The notes below the pieces were generated by a model. That model searched no databases and was not told the origin of the DNA. It saw only the letters and a list, made by a program, of their open reading frames with translations. Of a DNA stretch of 27,991 nucleotides, positions 15,001-20,501 are shown one piece after another. The DNA comes from a virus (lineage: Duplodnaviria > Caudoviricetes). Position 1 is the first letter of the stretch, and each line of letters starts with the position of its first letter. The position numbers and the translations under genes were made by a program. The stretch is taken from IMG/VR virus record IMGVR_UViG_3300018049_000109, positions 1 to 27,991 of that record; one strand, 5' to 3'.

Positions 15001-15868
15001 AGTTGATTATGCTATCACAGCAGATAAAACAAGAATTAAATTAGTAGAAGAACTAGATGATAACGATGTTATAGAAACCTTTCATTTTGCTAATGATACT
15101 TTAGCTGCAAAATTTGGTTGGAGCCAGTTCAAAGATATTTTAAACAGGAATGTATATAAACGCTTAGATGGAAGCAACAATGTAAGACTTGTTGAACCAC
15201 TTAATTGGTATGACAAATATATCAATGTAGAAAATAGCGAATCATTACCAGATCCAGTACCCGGGTCTAAGTATCCTGCTATTGTTTATATAGAAGGAGA
15301 AAGAATTGAATATTTTAGAAAAGACGGATCTTATCTAAAACAATTAAGAAGAGGAACACTAGGAACAGGAGTAAAACCTGTATATGATATTGGAACAGAA
15401 CTTTATGATATAAGTCAAACATCAACAGTTCCTTATAAAGATGAAACTTTAACAACTATATTCACAGCAGATGGTACTAGTAATACATATGAGTTAGATT
15501 TTACACCAGCAGATCCTAGCAGTAATGGTACAGCAATTGATACTTTTGAAGTTTTTGTAGCAGGACGTAGATTGCGTAAAACCACACTTGAATCATACGA
15601 ATTAAATAGTGATGCTAGAACTAATTATGCAACTGAAGCACAAAGCATTAATCAAGATTCGCCGGAAGGTGATGTCACACTACCAGCAGAATTTTCTCTA
15701 CAAAACGGCAATGAGCTTGTATTGTTAGAAACACCTGGTGAAAATCAAAAAGTAATAGTGGTAAGAAAACAAGGAAAGTTATGGAATAGTGCAGGAACAC
15801 AGCTAAGTAAAGCTGATAGTGATATCAGCAGATTCTTGAGATCAGTATCCCCTGACTTACCCGGATAA
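62..15868 (+). CDS. Giant virion structural protein, 5268 aa; probable baseplate wedge protein (T4 gp7 / P2 gpI-like core) with adhesin-like inserted domains
   Basis: Uninterrupted 15.8-kb ORF. YKFYQGFILDKGTKNSL (~aa 1863) and YLEEVKPFKTKLR (~aa 4002) resemble the KGT and KP motifs of gp7/gpI-type wedge proteins. Contains FG-GAP, CBM5/12-like, GxGY and GDGST repeats; lies upstream of fibre genes. ORF is certain, wedge call is inference. Confidence 0.75.
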   Translation: MAYDNDQNEPRLPGGDKSIRRSSANHLPRYFRTSYNTKFLSSTLDQLIQPGVAEKLNGYVGRKSTKAFLPSDNYIGDISSQRENYQLEPATIIKDNLGNLSFYKDYNDYINTLKNLGGSTNNHSNLNSQEFYSWNPHIDWDKFTNFREYYWLPSGPDSIAVAGQSTEVESTYTVSLKDNADNLTYLFSPDGLTNNPSITLYRGQKYKFDVDVPGHPIAFATRKSWKPGEAVIVETTDGVRSAGVFDAILYDQDGTAYDAGGFIVDPVSQGSVELGEATNTSLIYDTGVSKVDEEGNTVANVYLEKGIIEFTVPDDAPEKLYYISKNDPNVSGFIYIRDIVESTSIDVDKEIIGKKTYKTSSGFDISNGMKLNFVGNVTPEKYASGEWYVEGVGDKIKLIQQEDLATSGVFTDNIDVEFDGQGFDFYPFSEALGFPANKDYIVINRSSVDGNLWSRYNRWFHKSVIEKTAEINQTVSNVDQSARAKRPIIEFEAGIKLINFGTKSKTDVDLVDTQTKDIFSTIEGSTGYNIDGVNLSNGMRVLFTADTDELVKGKIYKVNFINFRNTVQISLTEEEDSTPLLNETVLVKSGNTYNGSFFYFNGSEWKTGQAKTAVNQQPQFEMYDADDVSFVDTTKYDASTFTGNKIFSYEIGNGNNDTELGFPLTYRIIENVGDITFNFDLLKDSFNYQEGTTLLTKPTDSGYLRIYSDRETYANENGFITANTDSNQNVIKQYIFDNTTNDFYIDVYDDLVFSDKLWHRIYLNNVLQRNNIDYILKQDANSKVYVNFTNSLNLDDVIIIKTRADYPKNENGYYEIPSNLEKNPLNENLSQFTLGEVNDHVATIVEESINFDGIFPGTSNLRDIGKITNLGRKFIKSSGPINLSLYHLLTDDSNIVKSLRYARREYGKFKRQFLEVANKLGYEGPTKQHVDLILKEMNKDKTSSMPFYFSDMIPQGGFIRTEHVIEDTDEQFFPLSQVFSLSTASIKAVQVYQNATQLIHNRDYTFNNEGFVVVTATKAIGDKIEIYEYDSTNGSYMPPTPTKLGLYPAYEPQIYLDTTITTPANVIEGHDGSKFVAFNDFRDNLLLELEKRIYNNIKVSYDTNILDIHDFVGGLHRKTKFTKHQIDKSMTPDFLQWNQLVDGDYVVNNTFSRDNQFSFNYAKTNYPTGEKLPGFWRQAFIYAYDTDRPHTHPWEMLGFNVKPSWWETTYGPAPYTRNNEVLWSDLEQGIIREPDKQLIIKSKYARPGLTNTIPTDDEGQLLSPVACNLSATFDVSAITDSWTYGDGGPVESAWRRGSEYPFALITSWVLNQPNKIFSVGFDRLRQKRSIANQIVYGDTEKQIQLGNIVFPNTINDDTQVFTSGLVNYISNYMASDSTASYTKYKSNLQSIINQIGVKLGGYSDKEKFKFILDSRTPTNEGNVFIPQENYELFLNTSSPLESISYSGVIVEKQADGYVVRGYDYAVPEFSYYKPIPQQNDPVVVVGGVSENFVNFSNEKTYVEGQIVLFNNEYYRATETHTSGTSLDSGKFAKLPTLPIVGGRRATFPKVYEQNVSKLNYGDKLTTIQDVVNFLLGYGKYLTDIGFVFEDRIDNSNVVSDWNASTRQFMYWTTQNWSAGAIISLSPGSKTLKLKSSYSVVDNLFETFYGYSILKVDGKKLKPEFVKIQKGLDNECIVKAVNTADGIFAARFPLVQKEHIALLDNKTVFGDVIYDTAPGYRQERIKVLGYRTDNWNGSLNIPGFIYDNARPTEWESWKDYAIGDLVKYKEFFYSANEKIAGSENFIANQWVRLSEEPKPGLYANFDYKINQFADYYDLDSDNFDVEQQRLAQHLIGYQKRQYLENIINDDVSQYKFYQGFILDKGTKNSLTKLFDALASANQDSLEFYEEWAIKDGQYGASEGFEEVEYLLDEKQFRLDPQPIELVDQKTSATDLVYRILPYETYLKSKDYDHKPFPTKYIAKGYTKDSGYVNPQDIDARIGSYNDILSQDFTTLPNQGYVWVGNVNETWNVYQHVATDYKIESIESGTGEFTILLGSTPLDIDTGEILGITDVITTSFDAASPDDSTVQITQTENPLQGFFKVKSVSLNKVVFETNENIAEIENCTGVLTKFISCRKTDIIDANKFAEKEMDPGEKLWIDNDGSGRWVVLQNQNRYTELQEISNTELGTGHEYGKSLSVDDRNVLLAVGAPEVDDGKVYIYNRASNSLNYTLQQVIEADTSIADSGQNFGASVSLSGDGQFLLVGAPKASNVKTNFKGDFDSTQSFAAGDIVREDDSLWSADVAIERAVDNIEFSSFDSVAQINYQINNDTVDREDIPVLLTGDYPFKNITTDHFLIRAPKDMYEGSGVGDQIYLRWNNLSNANQDQIDLVSTSPFGGSNPYITKEYLESADTHTIDIKVDAILFVDASNNIPLVGDTVTTQGATGTVVYTHNEEAQLTIYVGSVNGEFPSENSLFINGNDFVGEYERVGPAETIDTSSVYGGYWFIRTSNPYPIGNVNNDPAYGLVYKDIITAITGGDSTSSTRYYYQSLDYSTSLQNSESVINSYIQSLSFEGSPGPEGNTDPILSSKFVVRVPEALSSVSSPGDEVELYVNNLPDITTTLEFTGLVSLGEGETLTQLVTGATCITVESVTNSTTVKVQRVTGNFDTINLITASSSGTLASTLGGIPVTDKLEDPSSINLAYSITNKKHTIDDIWDGYIAYRNTKFLNGEPFEPLVGQTVRDKSTLATAEVAFYQRSLNDVVIFVKNVSGNFSKGNQFGDNAEIEFLPFISGPDPDVYGRAGIYTVPRVMGQIQRVSLGYTSQGIGKLFVFDAGINVPYTGGSFLFDHQLGAKKVTNILTGDFLYLEPDNNFEYWLYKEENVLGIPRPANRPSSSNLDWTETFKIPTSGSGDVGSFTNEGIYYIYRRTLAGNFLSLGSYVAPERKTNNYVGQNVHIAKSTQDVYRGYVHAPGDGTQVNPGKIYFIKNGTENNVLFNWEYAKNKKFKGEFSDEKTYFIGDIVYLDNKLYNAITNINPGSFDTNQWDSTDDLIDYVGYVPNDTGLIVQNDSSYSAENPFDSTQIASGDSSVLDQGSLYEFASSFDTTPNGEVLVVNAKYGNDKPNLAVIYRIIQGQYLRSQQIAAPSDTEAFAEKVAISNDGKLLAVSAPYDDSQKTNQGKVYIYSLNNGLFEYSQTLLSPLDNKNELFGSVIDFDGNRLLVNARNGDNTETTTFDFYSGRKEGYVLDATSNPNSVSTTFDKEFTKFKENFIDQGSLYIYENVNGNLLYGQQLFYKNENSPVYYFGRNTVLKNNHVYVGLPTVSSNSLFTGTVVDFRLPERSNIYNRLRESKDPVNLEKIKRVILYNRKTNKLLTYLDYIDPIQGKIAGPAEQNLSYKTYYDPASYTVGTGSVVVSPTNSWGPAQVGQLWWNLTNAKFINPYQGNSIYSSNNWSSLFDGNTIDVYEWVESTVLPSKWDQVQSTSETLDRGISGTSLYGDTAYATKQVYDKVSQSLQTYYYFWVKNKKTIPNKEFRTMSSFDVANLISDPKAQGYRFAAFLSNNSFTIYNCDNLLSDDDVAFSVQYWTIDNQQINIHNQYQIITEGLSTSKPNRDIERKWFDSLIGYDEQNKIVPAPDLSPKQKYGILNSPRQSWFVNKQEALKQVIERANIVLKKNLIVDDKSLLKLQLEDPAPTAISRKYDTTVETVAELEFIGVAKAQQASVQLVIEDGVIKDINVLNAGRGYLVAPTYTINGTGSGAEIEFTINNLGVITSATVVKGGSNYSPTDTITVRKYTVLVKNDTSIQGKWALYERDSDLRSWLRIASQSYDVKLFWEYVDWYAENFNEFTETNFVIDNAYELQGLDDELGDIIKINSIGSGGWLLLRKIDVREDVDYTVNYETIGRQNGTIQFKNTLYDTQASATGFDIISFDTEFFDSVPSIEIRQILNAIKQDLFTEELSIEYNNLFFASLRYVFAEQGYVDWAFKTSFVKAKHNVGQLREDITFNNDSLPSYEDYLEEVKPFKTKLREYISAYEKIEDSNSRITDFDLQPSFDDDTKSIKPQDVKVVNNNLIGVNDKLETYPFKNWKDNVGFIVKEIQIADGGKAYTQAPQILLTGGGGSGATAISKLGADGKITKIEITNPGSGYLSAPLITINGTLGEGGRDAKCSVIIGNSLPRSLLNVIKFDRVSGNYLITYLEEAETFIGTGSRYVFDLKWPMDLQSTQVEVVVDNVVLLRSEYSYENVKDTSKTYTRYNGRIILRTPPSNNTSVQVNYKKAVSLLTAQDRINLAYNPSTGQFAKDLGQLMDGVDYGGVEVKSFDFGGPTGWDTGPWFTSEYDTYDTTYEDEVFKLDGSTITLTLNKPLESGVTYNLYKNGVRLDDPDWVDDSTQFTNPNAIMRSIIGDGTQTVIELDELGIPTAADDEIVIRKSTSDGSFLPLPGTYDTLIEGGGLQYDTAQGILAEEINIDGDGFFTPTNSGGPDEQLPGRVFDAVDIKVYERPTTGASKVVSRNYTGDGSTKSFAIGTKPVTKENLFVKVDFSIKKLETDYTINYDTEEVEFTTAPVAGTKVNFVTLEYSGANVLDIDEFIGDGSTGDFLTNVTYTNDMSSLVTIDGETVAHTLVRSNETYASADRVVIRFAEPPALDKVVRFAIFEGQVQNFSTVSIDEFESDGSTTAYTLTQTPFTANPTEWFTIVKINDTILNAGYNQKFTVSDIREYQLKLWQVPVGSVTSDQIRVYLNGNELTYLQDFDLLGAGQFDPALPLGQQSGSTVILNQGIGESGDILRVYILGWDDSTQSGGDYRFGYYNESNEFVKTPGVLYINKNYALGDKITVYQFSNHDSQGIERQNFDVVERTTLSPGVNTGSQIFVIDGSTTDLNLLPALDPNKSYAVFLNNVRKDDPNFDGSSPVANVNATCKTITGSSASTVNILDDFGFTTSTDDVVEIREIGGTIEPDEGTADWYELRQLKAGYINLRTPAVDDQYVWVVKNGNLLNASVDYAITADKTRIKLVEELDDNDVIETFHFANDTLAAKFGWSQFKDILNRNVYKRLDGSNNVRLVEPLNWYDKYINVENSESLPDPVPGSKYPAIVYIEGERIEYFRKDGSYLKQLRRGTLGTGVKPVYDIGTELYDISQTSTVPYKDETLTTIFTADGTSNTYELDFTPADPSSNGTAIDTFEVFVAGRRLRKTTLESYELNSDARTNYATEAQSINQDSPEGDVTLPAEFSLQNGNELVLLETPGENQKVIVVRKQGKLWNSAGTQLSKADSDISRFLRSVSPDLPG
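4541..9142 (+). repeat. Four dispersed CBM5/12 (ChtBD3)-like small modules in the megaprotein
   Basis: FSNEKTYVEGQIVLFNNEYYRA (4541); WESWKDYAIGDLVKYKEFFYSA (5315); FDSTQSFAAGDIVREDDSLWSA (6836); FSDEKTYFIGDIVYLDNKLYNA (9029); pattern W/F-x4-Y-x2-GD-x-V-x5-Y-x-A. Confidence 0.6.
6578..10010 (+). repeat. Seven FG-GAP (integrin alpha-type beta-propeller) blades inside the megaprotein
   Basis: YGKSLSV..LLAVGAP..GKVYIY (6578); FGASVSL..LLVGAP (6746); YVGQNVHI..YVHAP..GKIYFI (8852); FASSFDT..LVVNA (9299); FAEKVAI..LAVSAP..GKVYIY (9455); FGSVIDF..LLVNA..GSLYIY (9626); FGRNTVL..VYVGLP (9914). Confidence 0.75.
11198..12480 (+). repeat. Two pairs of I-x-(I/V)-x2-(A/G/P)G-x-GY-x2-AP beta repeats typical of T4-like phage baseplate/tail proteins
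   Basis: INVLNAGRGYLVAP..ATVVKGGSNY (~11198-11360) and IQIADGGKAYTQAP..IEITNPGSGYLSAP (~12287-12480). Confidence 0.7.
12610..15780 (+). repeat. C-terminal array of ~70-90-aa modules starting (F/Y)-x-(G/x)-DG-(S/T)-T
   Basis: FIGTGSRYVF, FKLDGSTITL, YTGDGSTKSF, FIGDGSTGDF, FESDGSTTAY, FVIDGSTTDL, FTADGTSNTY; several followed by V-x-V-(D/N)-G..DY and F-x2-(A/P)P motifs. Confidence 0.7.
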
Positions 15869-15871
15869 ATA
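15865..15871 (+). promoter_or_regulatory. Putative late promoter core ATAAATA (T4 TATAAATA-like)
   Basis: gATAAATA overlapping the megaprotein stop, 18 bp before the ATG at 15890; same motif in two other intergenic gaps. Confidence 0.6.
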
Positions 15872-15889
15872 ATGTAGTAGGATATAAAA

Positions 15890-16504
15890 ATGAGCGATAA
15901 TTTACATGATAAAAGTGGTATACTAGTGAAAGGACATATAAAGATATATGATCCTGAAACTAATCACGTGTACATAGACAAAAATAACGCTATTCACTAC
16001 GAGAATATGAGTATTGCTCTCGCAGATAGTATAGGTAATAGAGGCCAAGGCTGGATTTATGAAATGAGCTTTGGTAATGGAGGAACTTCTGTAGATCCTA
16101 CAGGAATTATTACATACCTTACGCCTAACTCTACAGGAACAAATGCAAGTTTATACAATCAAACCTATACGAAAATTGTTGATGATAATAGTGTTAACAA
16201 TTTAGATCCTGTAAGAAACAAAATTGAAACAAGACATGTAAGCGGAACAAATTATACAGACGTTTTAGTCACTTGTTTACTAGATTATGGTGAGCCAAGT
16301 GGACAAGATGCGTTTGACACTGCTACTGATCAAAACAGTTTATATGTATTTGATGAATTAGGATTAAAAAGTTATTCACCAGATGGAACAGGTAATTTAA
16401 TTACTCATGTTGTATTCCATCCTGTGCAAAAAAGTTTAAACAGATTAATCCAGATAGATTACACAGTAAGAATACAAAGTTTAGCCGGAATAGTTGGAGA
16501 GTAG
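15890..16504 (+). CDS. Baseplate / tail-fibre attachment structural protein, 204 aa
   Basis: AGGA RBS. GHIKIYD..NAIH, MSFGNGG, FDELGL..LITHVVFHPVQK..IDY pattern resembles the tail-collar-fibre (DUF3751-like) beta fold; sits between wedge and fibre genes. Confidence 0.6.
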   Translation: MSDNLHDKSGILVKGHIKIYDPETNHVYIDKNNAIHYENMSIALADSIGNRGQGWIYEMSFGNGGTSVDPTGIITYLTPNSTGTNASLYNQTYTKIVDDNSVNNLDPVRNKIETRHVSGTNYTDVLVTCLLDYGEPSGQDAFDTATDQNSLYVFDELGLKSYSPDGTGNLITHVVFHPVQKSLNRLIQIDYTVRIQSLAGIVGE

Positions 16505-16507
16505 TAG

Positions 16508-18523
16508 ATGTCATATACAATAGCATATACTGATCAAGCTAACAAAGGTACTATTACTATTGAAGATAATACTATCAATACAGAAACTTCATTAGGCTTA
16601 CCTGGAAGAAATACTACAGCATATGGTACAACTATTGCTACAAACTTTTTACATTTACTAGAAAATTTTGCAAGTGCTACACAACCATCTACACCAGTTG
16701 AAGGCCAATTATGGTATGATGCAACACCGGGTGTAGAGCAACTTAAAGTGTTTGATGGTACTAATTGGGTTGCAAGTGGAGGGTTGAAAAAAGCAAGCTC
16801 TGCTCCTGATGCATCGCAAAGTCTTTTAGGTGACTTATGGGTAGACACAGATAATCAACAACTTTATCTATTTTCTGGATCTGGATGGGTATTAGTAGGA
16901 CCAGAATTCAGCGATGGTTTAGTCACTGGTGCAACACCTACAACAGTTGTGGGCACAGATGATCAAAATTACAATGTTTTACAAATTGAAGTCAATGCAT
17001 CTCCTGTTGCAATAATTACTAGCCAAAGTTTTACACCAAAAGTTGTTATTCCAGGATTTAGTACACTGCGACCTGGAATAAATCTTTCTGCTAACAATAT
17101 TTCAGGAGATGGTGCTCCTAAATTTTATGGAACAGCAGAAAAGGCAGAAGGACTTATTGTAAGTGGAAACACAGTTGCTGCAGGAAACTTCTTAAGAGGT
17201 GACGTTGCAAGTACTACTGCGTTTCCTATAAATGTTCAAAATAACACAGGTATTAATTATGGTATAAATGCTGAGATGAATATTGGTGTTGAAGGAAATG
17301 CAGGTATTGTACAACATAACATTGCAGGTTCTAGTATAGATTTCAAAGTAAAAAATGATGGCGTATTAAAAAATATTTTAAGATTAGATAGTGATTTAAA
17401 AGTTGGTATTAATAATGTTGCACCTGATGAAGCATTAGATGTCACAGGAAACATTAAATCAAGTGGTACAATTAAATCAACTAGCACAACTAACAGCACA
17501 AATTTTAGCACAGGTTCAATTACTACACTAGGTGGATTAGGAGTATCTCAAGATGTAAATATCGGTGGAACTTTAAATACTGTTGGTACTATTACAACTA
17601 GAAATATACAGCCTGATCAAAATAACTTAAGAAATATTGGAAGCTCAAGTGCAAAATATGCAAACATGTATGCTACTACATTTGTTGGAAACTTAACTGG
17701 TAATGTAAGCGGTACAGTAAGTGGCAGAGCAGGGAGTGCAGATAGAATTACATCTGCTTCAACTTTTAGAATTGCAGGTGATATAAGTGCTCCTGACGTA
17801 GTTTATGATGGTCAAACAGGAGGATCATTAAAAGTTTTCAACACTACTATTAGTAATGAAATTGTTGCTGGTAAAACAGCAGTGCTTGAATCACAAGCAG
17901 ACGATGAATTTTTAATAAACAGAATAACAGGGGATACTGGACTTAAAAAGATCAGTAGACAAAATCTATTTGCAGCCATTAATGGTACAACGCCTGTCGG
18001 CACAGTTGTTCCTTTTGCTGGAGGATCTGCTCCTACAGGATGGTTATTATGTGATGGTAGAGAAGTATTAATTAGTGCATATAACCAACTTTATAATGTA
18101 ATTGGAAATAATTATAAACCGTCACCAGCTGTTGGGTATTTTGGATTACCTGATTTAAGAGGTAGGTTCCCATTAGGTGCTGACAATATGGGCGGTACAA
18201 GTGCTGATACAGTTTTAGATGCAGCAGCAGATACAGTTGGTGCTAAGTCAGGTACTGAAACAATTTCTATACAAACTAAAAACTTGCCAGAACACGAACA
18301 CGATCTAAGAGGCGAAAGCGGAGATCAATATTATGCAATTAGGGATGTTGCAGGCACACCAACTGATAACGATGCAATTATATATGATGCACCAACAGGT
18401 ACAGGTGCTGGCCAAGCATATCCTGCAAGTGGTGGCGTGTTGACTGATGAAAGTTTAGGTACAGCAATAAATGTAATGAATCCATTCCTAACAATGAATT
18501 TTATAATATACACTGGAGGGTAA
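16508..18523 (+). CDS. Tail fibre protein with C-terminal tail-collar domain (short-tail-fibre-like), 671 aa
   Basis: GGAG RBS. N-terminal LLENFA..P..GQLWYD anchor; VGINNVAPDEALDVTG fibre motif; PVGTVVPFAG..APTGWLLCDG..Y..L..VIG..F.LPDLRGRFPLG collar motif from ~17990; NLPEHEH and terminal PFLTMNFIIY. Confidence 0.85.
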   Translation: MSYTIAYTDQANKGTITIEDNTINTETSLGLPGRNTTAYGTTIATNFLHLLENFASATQPSTPVEGQLWYDATPGVEQLKVFDGTNWVASGGLKKASSAPDASQSLLGDLWVDTDNQQLYLFSGSGWVLVGPEFSDGLVTGATPTTVVGTDDQNYNVLQIEVNASPVAIITSQSFTPKVVIPGFSTLRPGINLSANNISGDGAPKFYGTAEKAEGLIVSGNTVAAGNFLRGDVASTTAFPINVQNNTGINYGINAEMNIGVEGNAGIVQHNIAGSSIDFKVKNDGVLKNILRLDSDLKVGINNVAPDEALDVTGNIKSSGTIKSTSTTNSTNFSTGSITTLGGLGVSQDVNIGGTLNTVGTITTRNIQPDQNNLRNIGSSSAKYANMYATTFVGNLTGNVSGTVSGRAGSADRITSASTFRIAGDISAPDVVYDGQTGGSLKVFNTTISNEIVAGKTAVLESQADDEFLINRITGDTGLKKISRQNLFAAINGTTPVGTVVPFAGGSAPTGWLLCDGREVLISAYNQLYNVIGNNYKPSPAVGYFGLPDLRGRFPLGADNMGGTSADTVLDAAADTVGAKSGTETISIQTKNLPEHEHDLRGESGDQYYAIRDVAGTPTDNDAIIYDAPTGTGAGQAYPASGGVLTDESLGTAINVMNPFLTMNFIIYTGG

Positions 18524-18529
18524 TAATTA

Positions 18530-20461
18530 ATGAGTTATAGATTAAACAGAACAGACGGTGAATTACTTGTTGATCTAACGGACGGTATTTTAGATAATAC
18601 TACGACTGACATTACCCTTATAGGAAAAAATTACAAAGGTTTCGGCGAATTCATAAATGAAAACTTTATCAAAGTTATGGAAAATTTTGCTTCCACTAGC
18701 CAACCGGCTAATCCAATGATTGGCCAATTGTGGTTTGATAAGCAAGACAACAGATTAAAGGTATATGACGGAACATCATTTAGACCAGCGACCGGCAGTG
18801 TTGTAAGTAGTACACAGCCTAGCAATTTAAATGTTGGTGATATTTGGATAGACAATGAAGAAAATAAATTGTATATCTGGGACGGAACAGATCTAACTCT
18901 TATAGGACCTGAATATAGCGCGGCACAAGGCAAAACAGGATTTGAAGTTGCATCGCAAATTGATTCATCAGATATTCAGAGAACTATATTAAAGTTGTTT
19001 ATAGGTGGCAGTTTAGTAGGAATATTCAGTCCAGAAACTTTTTATGTTCCTGCAGAATTTGCAATTCCTAGTTATCCTCAAGATCCAGACGACATCCAAA
19101 CGCCTAAAAGACAATTATTAGAAAAAGGATTTAATGTTGTAAATTCTGGATTCTTGTATAATGGTACAGCAACAAGTGCAAAAGGCCTAGTAGATGATGC
19201 AGGTGTTGTTAAAACAAGTGACAACTTTATTCCGTCTGACGCAAACGGTTCTACAACAGGTAGTTTAAGAATTAAAAATAGTGCAGGATTAAGTGTAGGC
19301 ATTGGTGAAACTGAATATGCTATTCTTAAAATTTCTGGCACTACTACAATGCTTGAAACACAGCAGTCTAATGCTGATTTTGCTCTAAGAGTTAGATCAG
19401 GAAGTAGTTTTTATTCGGCACTTTATGTAGATACAGATGTACAAAAAATGGGATTGTTTAAAACAAATCCTTCGTTCACACTCGATGTTGAAGGCGACGG
19501 AAAGTTTTCAAGTAATCTTACAGTAGGAGGCAACCTTACTGTAGAAGGAGATTCAACTTTTATTAATTCAACAACTTTAAGAGTTGAAGATAAAAATATT
19601 GAATTAGGACTTTTAGATGATAGTACAGAAGGTGACGACACAGCAGTAGATGGTGGCGGCATAATTTTAAGAAGTAGTGAAGGTAGTAAAGATTTAACAT
19701 GGGAACAATCTACAGCATCTTGGACAAGCAATCAAGACTTTGACCTAATTAACACGCCAAGTAATCCTGTGCCAGCATTTAAAATCGACGGCACCGAAGT
19801 TTTAACAAAAACAACTTTAGGTGCTACAGTTATTAATAGTAGTTTAACTAGTGTCGGAACATTGAGCGAATTAACAGTAGACGACATTAATCTTAATTCT
19901 GCAACTATAACAAGAATAAATGGAACAGGTTTAAATTTTGTAGCGGGCGGCACAATAACAATTGACAGTCAGAATATAGATGGTGTAGCAACACCAACAA
20001 CTAATAATCATGCTGCTAATAAATCTTATGTAGATACAGAGATAGCAAGTCAGGATGTAATTTTTAGTATAGATGCTACTGGATTATCAGATCCTAATGA
20101 TATTACAACAGTAAATGGGCCTACAACAAGTATAGGCACAATTTTACAAACACTTAAACCGGCAGCTAGTGTTGAAGACGGAACTGAAGCAAAATTATGG
20201 GTAATTTCATATTCCAGCAGTACAGTTAGTGGTATTACAGTTGATATTACTACAAGTCCTGACACAAGCGGCGTTTTAACAAAATCCTTTGTTTCTGTTG
20301 ACTCAAATGGTACACAAAATGAATCAGCAATCCAAGATATTTCACAAAGCAATGACGCAAGTGGTACAATTTCGTTGAATCCTGTAAGATACTTGTATAT
20401 CTATACAGCAGGCGGAGGAACATGGAGCTTCACTAGTAGAACGCTTCAAAGCATAACTTAG
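18530..20461 (+). CDS. Tail fibre protein paralog, 643 aa
   Basis: GGAGG RBS. Same N-terminal anchor (VMENFA..GQLWFD); fibre motifs VEDKNIELG..DGGGIILR, SSLTSVGTLSELTV and PT..AANKSYVD. Confidence 0.75.
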   Translation: MSYRLNRTDGELLVDLTDGILDNTTTDITLIGKNYKGFGEFINENFIKVMENFASTSQPANPMIGQLWFDKQDNRLKVYDGTSFRPATGSVVSSTQPSNLNVGDIWIDNEENKLYIWDGTDLTLIGPEYSAAQGKTGFEVASQIDSSDIQRTILKLFIGGSLVGIFSPETFYVPAEFAIPSYPQDPDDIQTPKRQLLEKGFNVVNSGFLYNGTATSAKGLVDDAGVVKTSDNFIPSDANGSTTGSLRIKNSAGLSVGIGETEYAILKISGTTTMLETQQSNADFALRVRSGSSFYSALYVDTDVQKMGLFKTNPSFTLDVEGDGKFSSNLTVGGNLTVEGDSTFINSTTLRVEDKNIELGLLDDSTEGDDTAVDGGGIILRSSEGSKDLTWEQSTASWTSNQDFDLINTPSNPVPAFKIDGTEVLTKTTLGATVINSSLTSVGTLSELTVDDINLNSATITRINGTGLNFVAGGTITIDSQNIDGVATPTTNNHAANKSYVDTEIASQDVIFSIDATGLSDPNDITTVNGPTTSIGTILQTLKPAASVEDGTEAKLWVISYSSSTVSGITVDITTSPDTSGVLTKSFVSVDSNGTQNESAIQDISQSNDASGTISLNPVRYLYIYTAGGGTWSFTSRTLQSIT

Positions 20462-20470
20462 TATGAAAGC

Positions 20471-20477
20471 ATAAATA
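20471..20477 (+). promoter_or_regulatory. Putative late promoter core ATAAATA
   Basis: cATAAATA in the 40-bp gap before the ATG at 20502. Confidence 0.6.
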
Positions 20478-20501
20478 ACATATACAATAGGGGTTAAATA
20501 A

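Noticed and set aside
62-15868. Intein, intron or DGR target within the giant gene or fibres
   Set aside because: No intein splice motifs, homing endonuclease, reverse transcriptase or adenine-variable repeat pair noticed by eye; not excluded computationally.
62-15868. Bacterial secreted adhesin or RTX protein
   Set aside because: No signal peptide, RTX nonapeptides or sorting signal; neighbours are phage tail genes.
16502-16507. Possible stop-codon recoding or TAG read-through (TAGTAG in frame with the next gene)
   Set aside because: Coding density is near complete in the standard code, all three stops are used, the double stop argues against read-through, and the next gene has its own RBS and a paralog-matching start.
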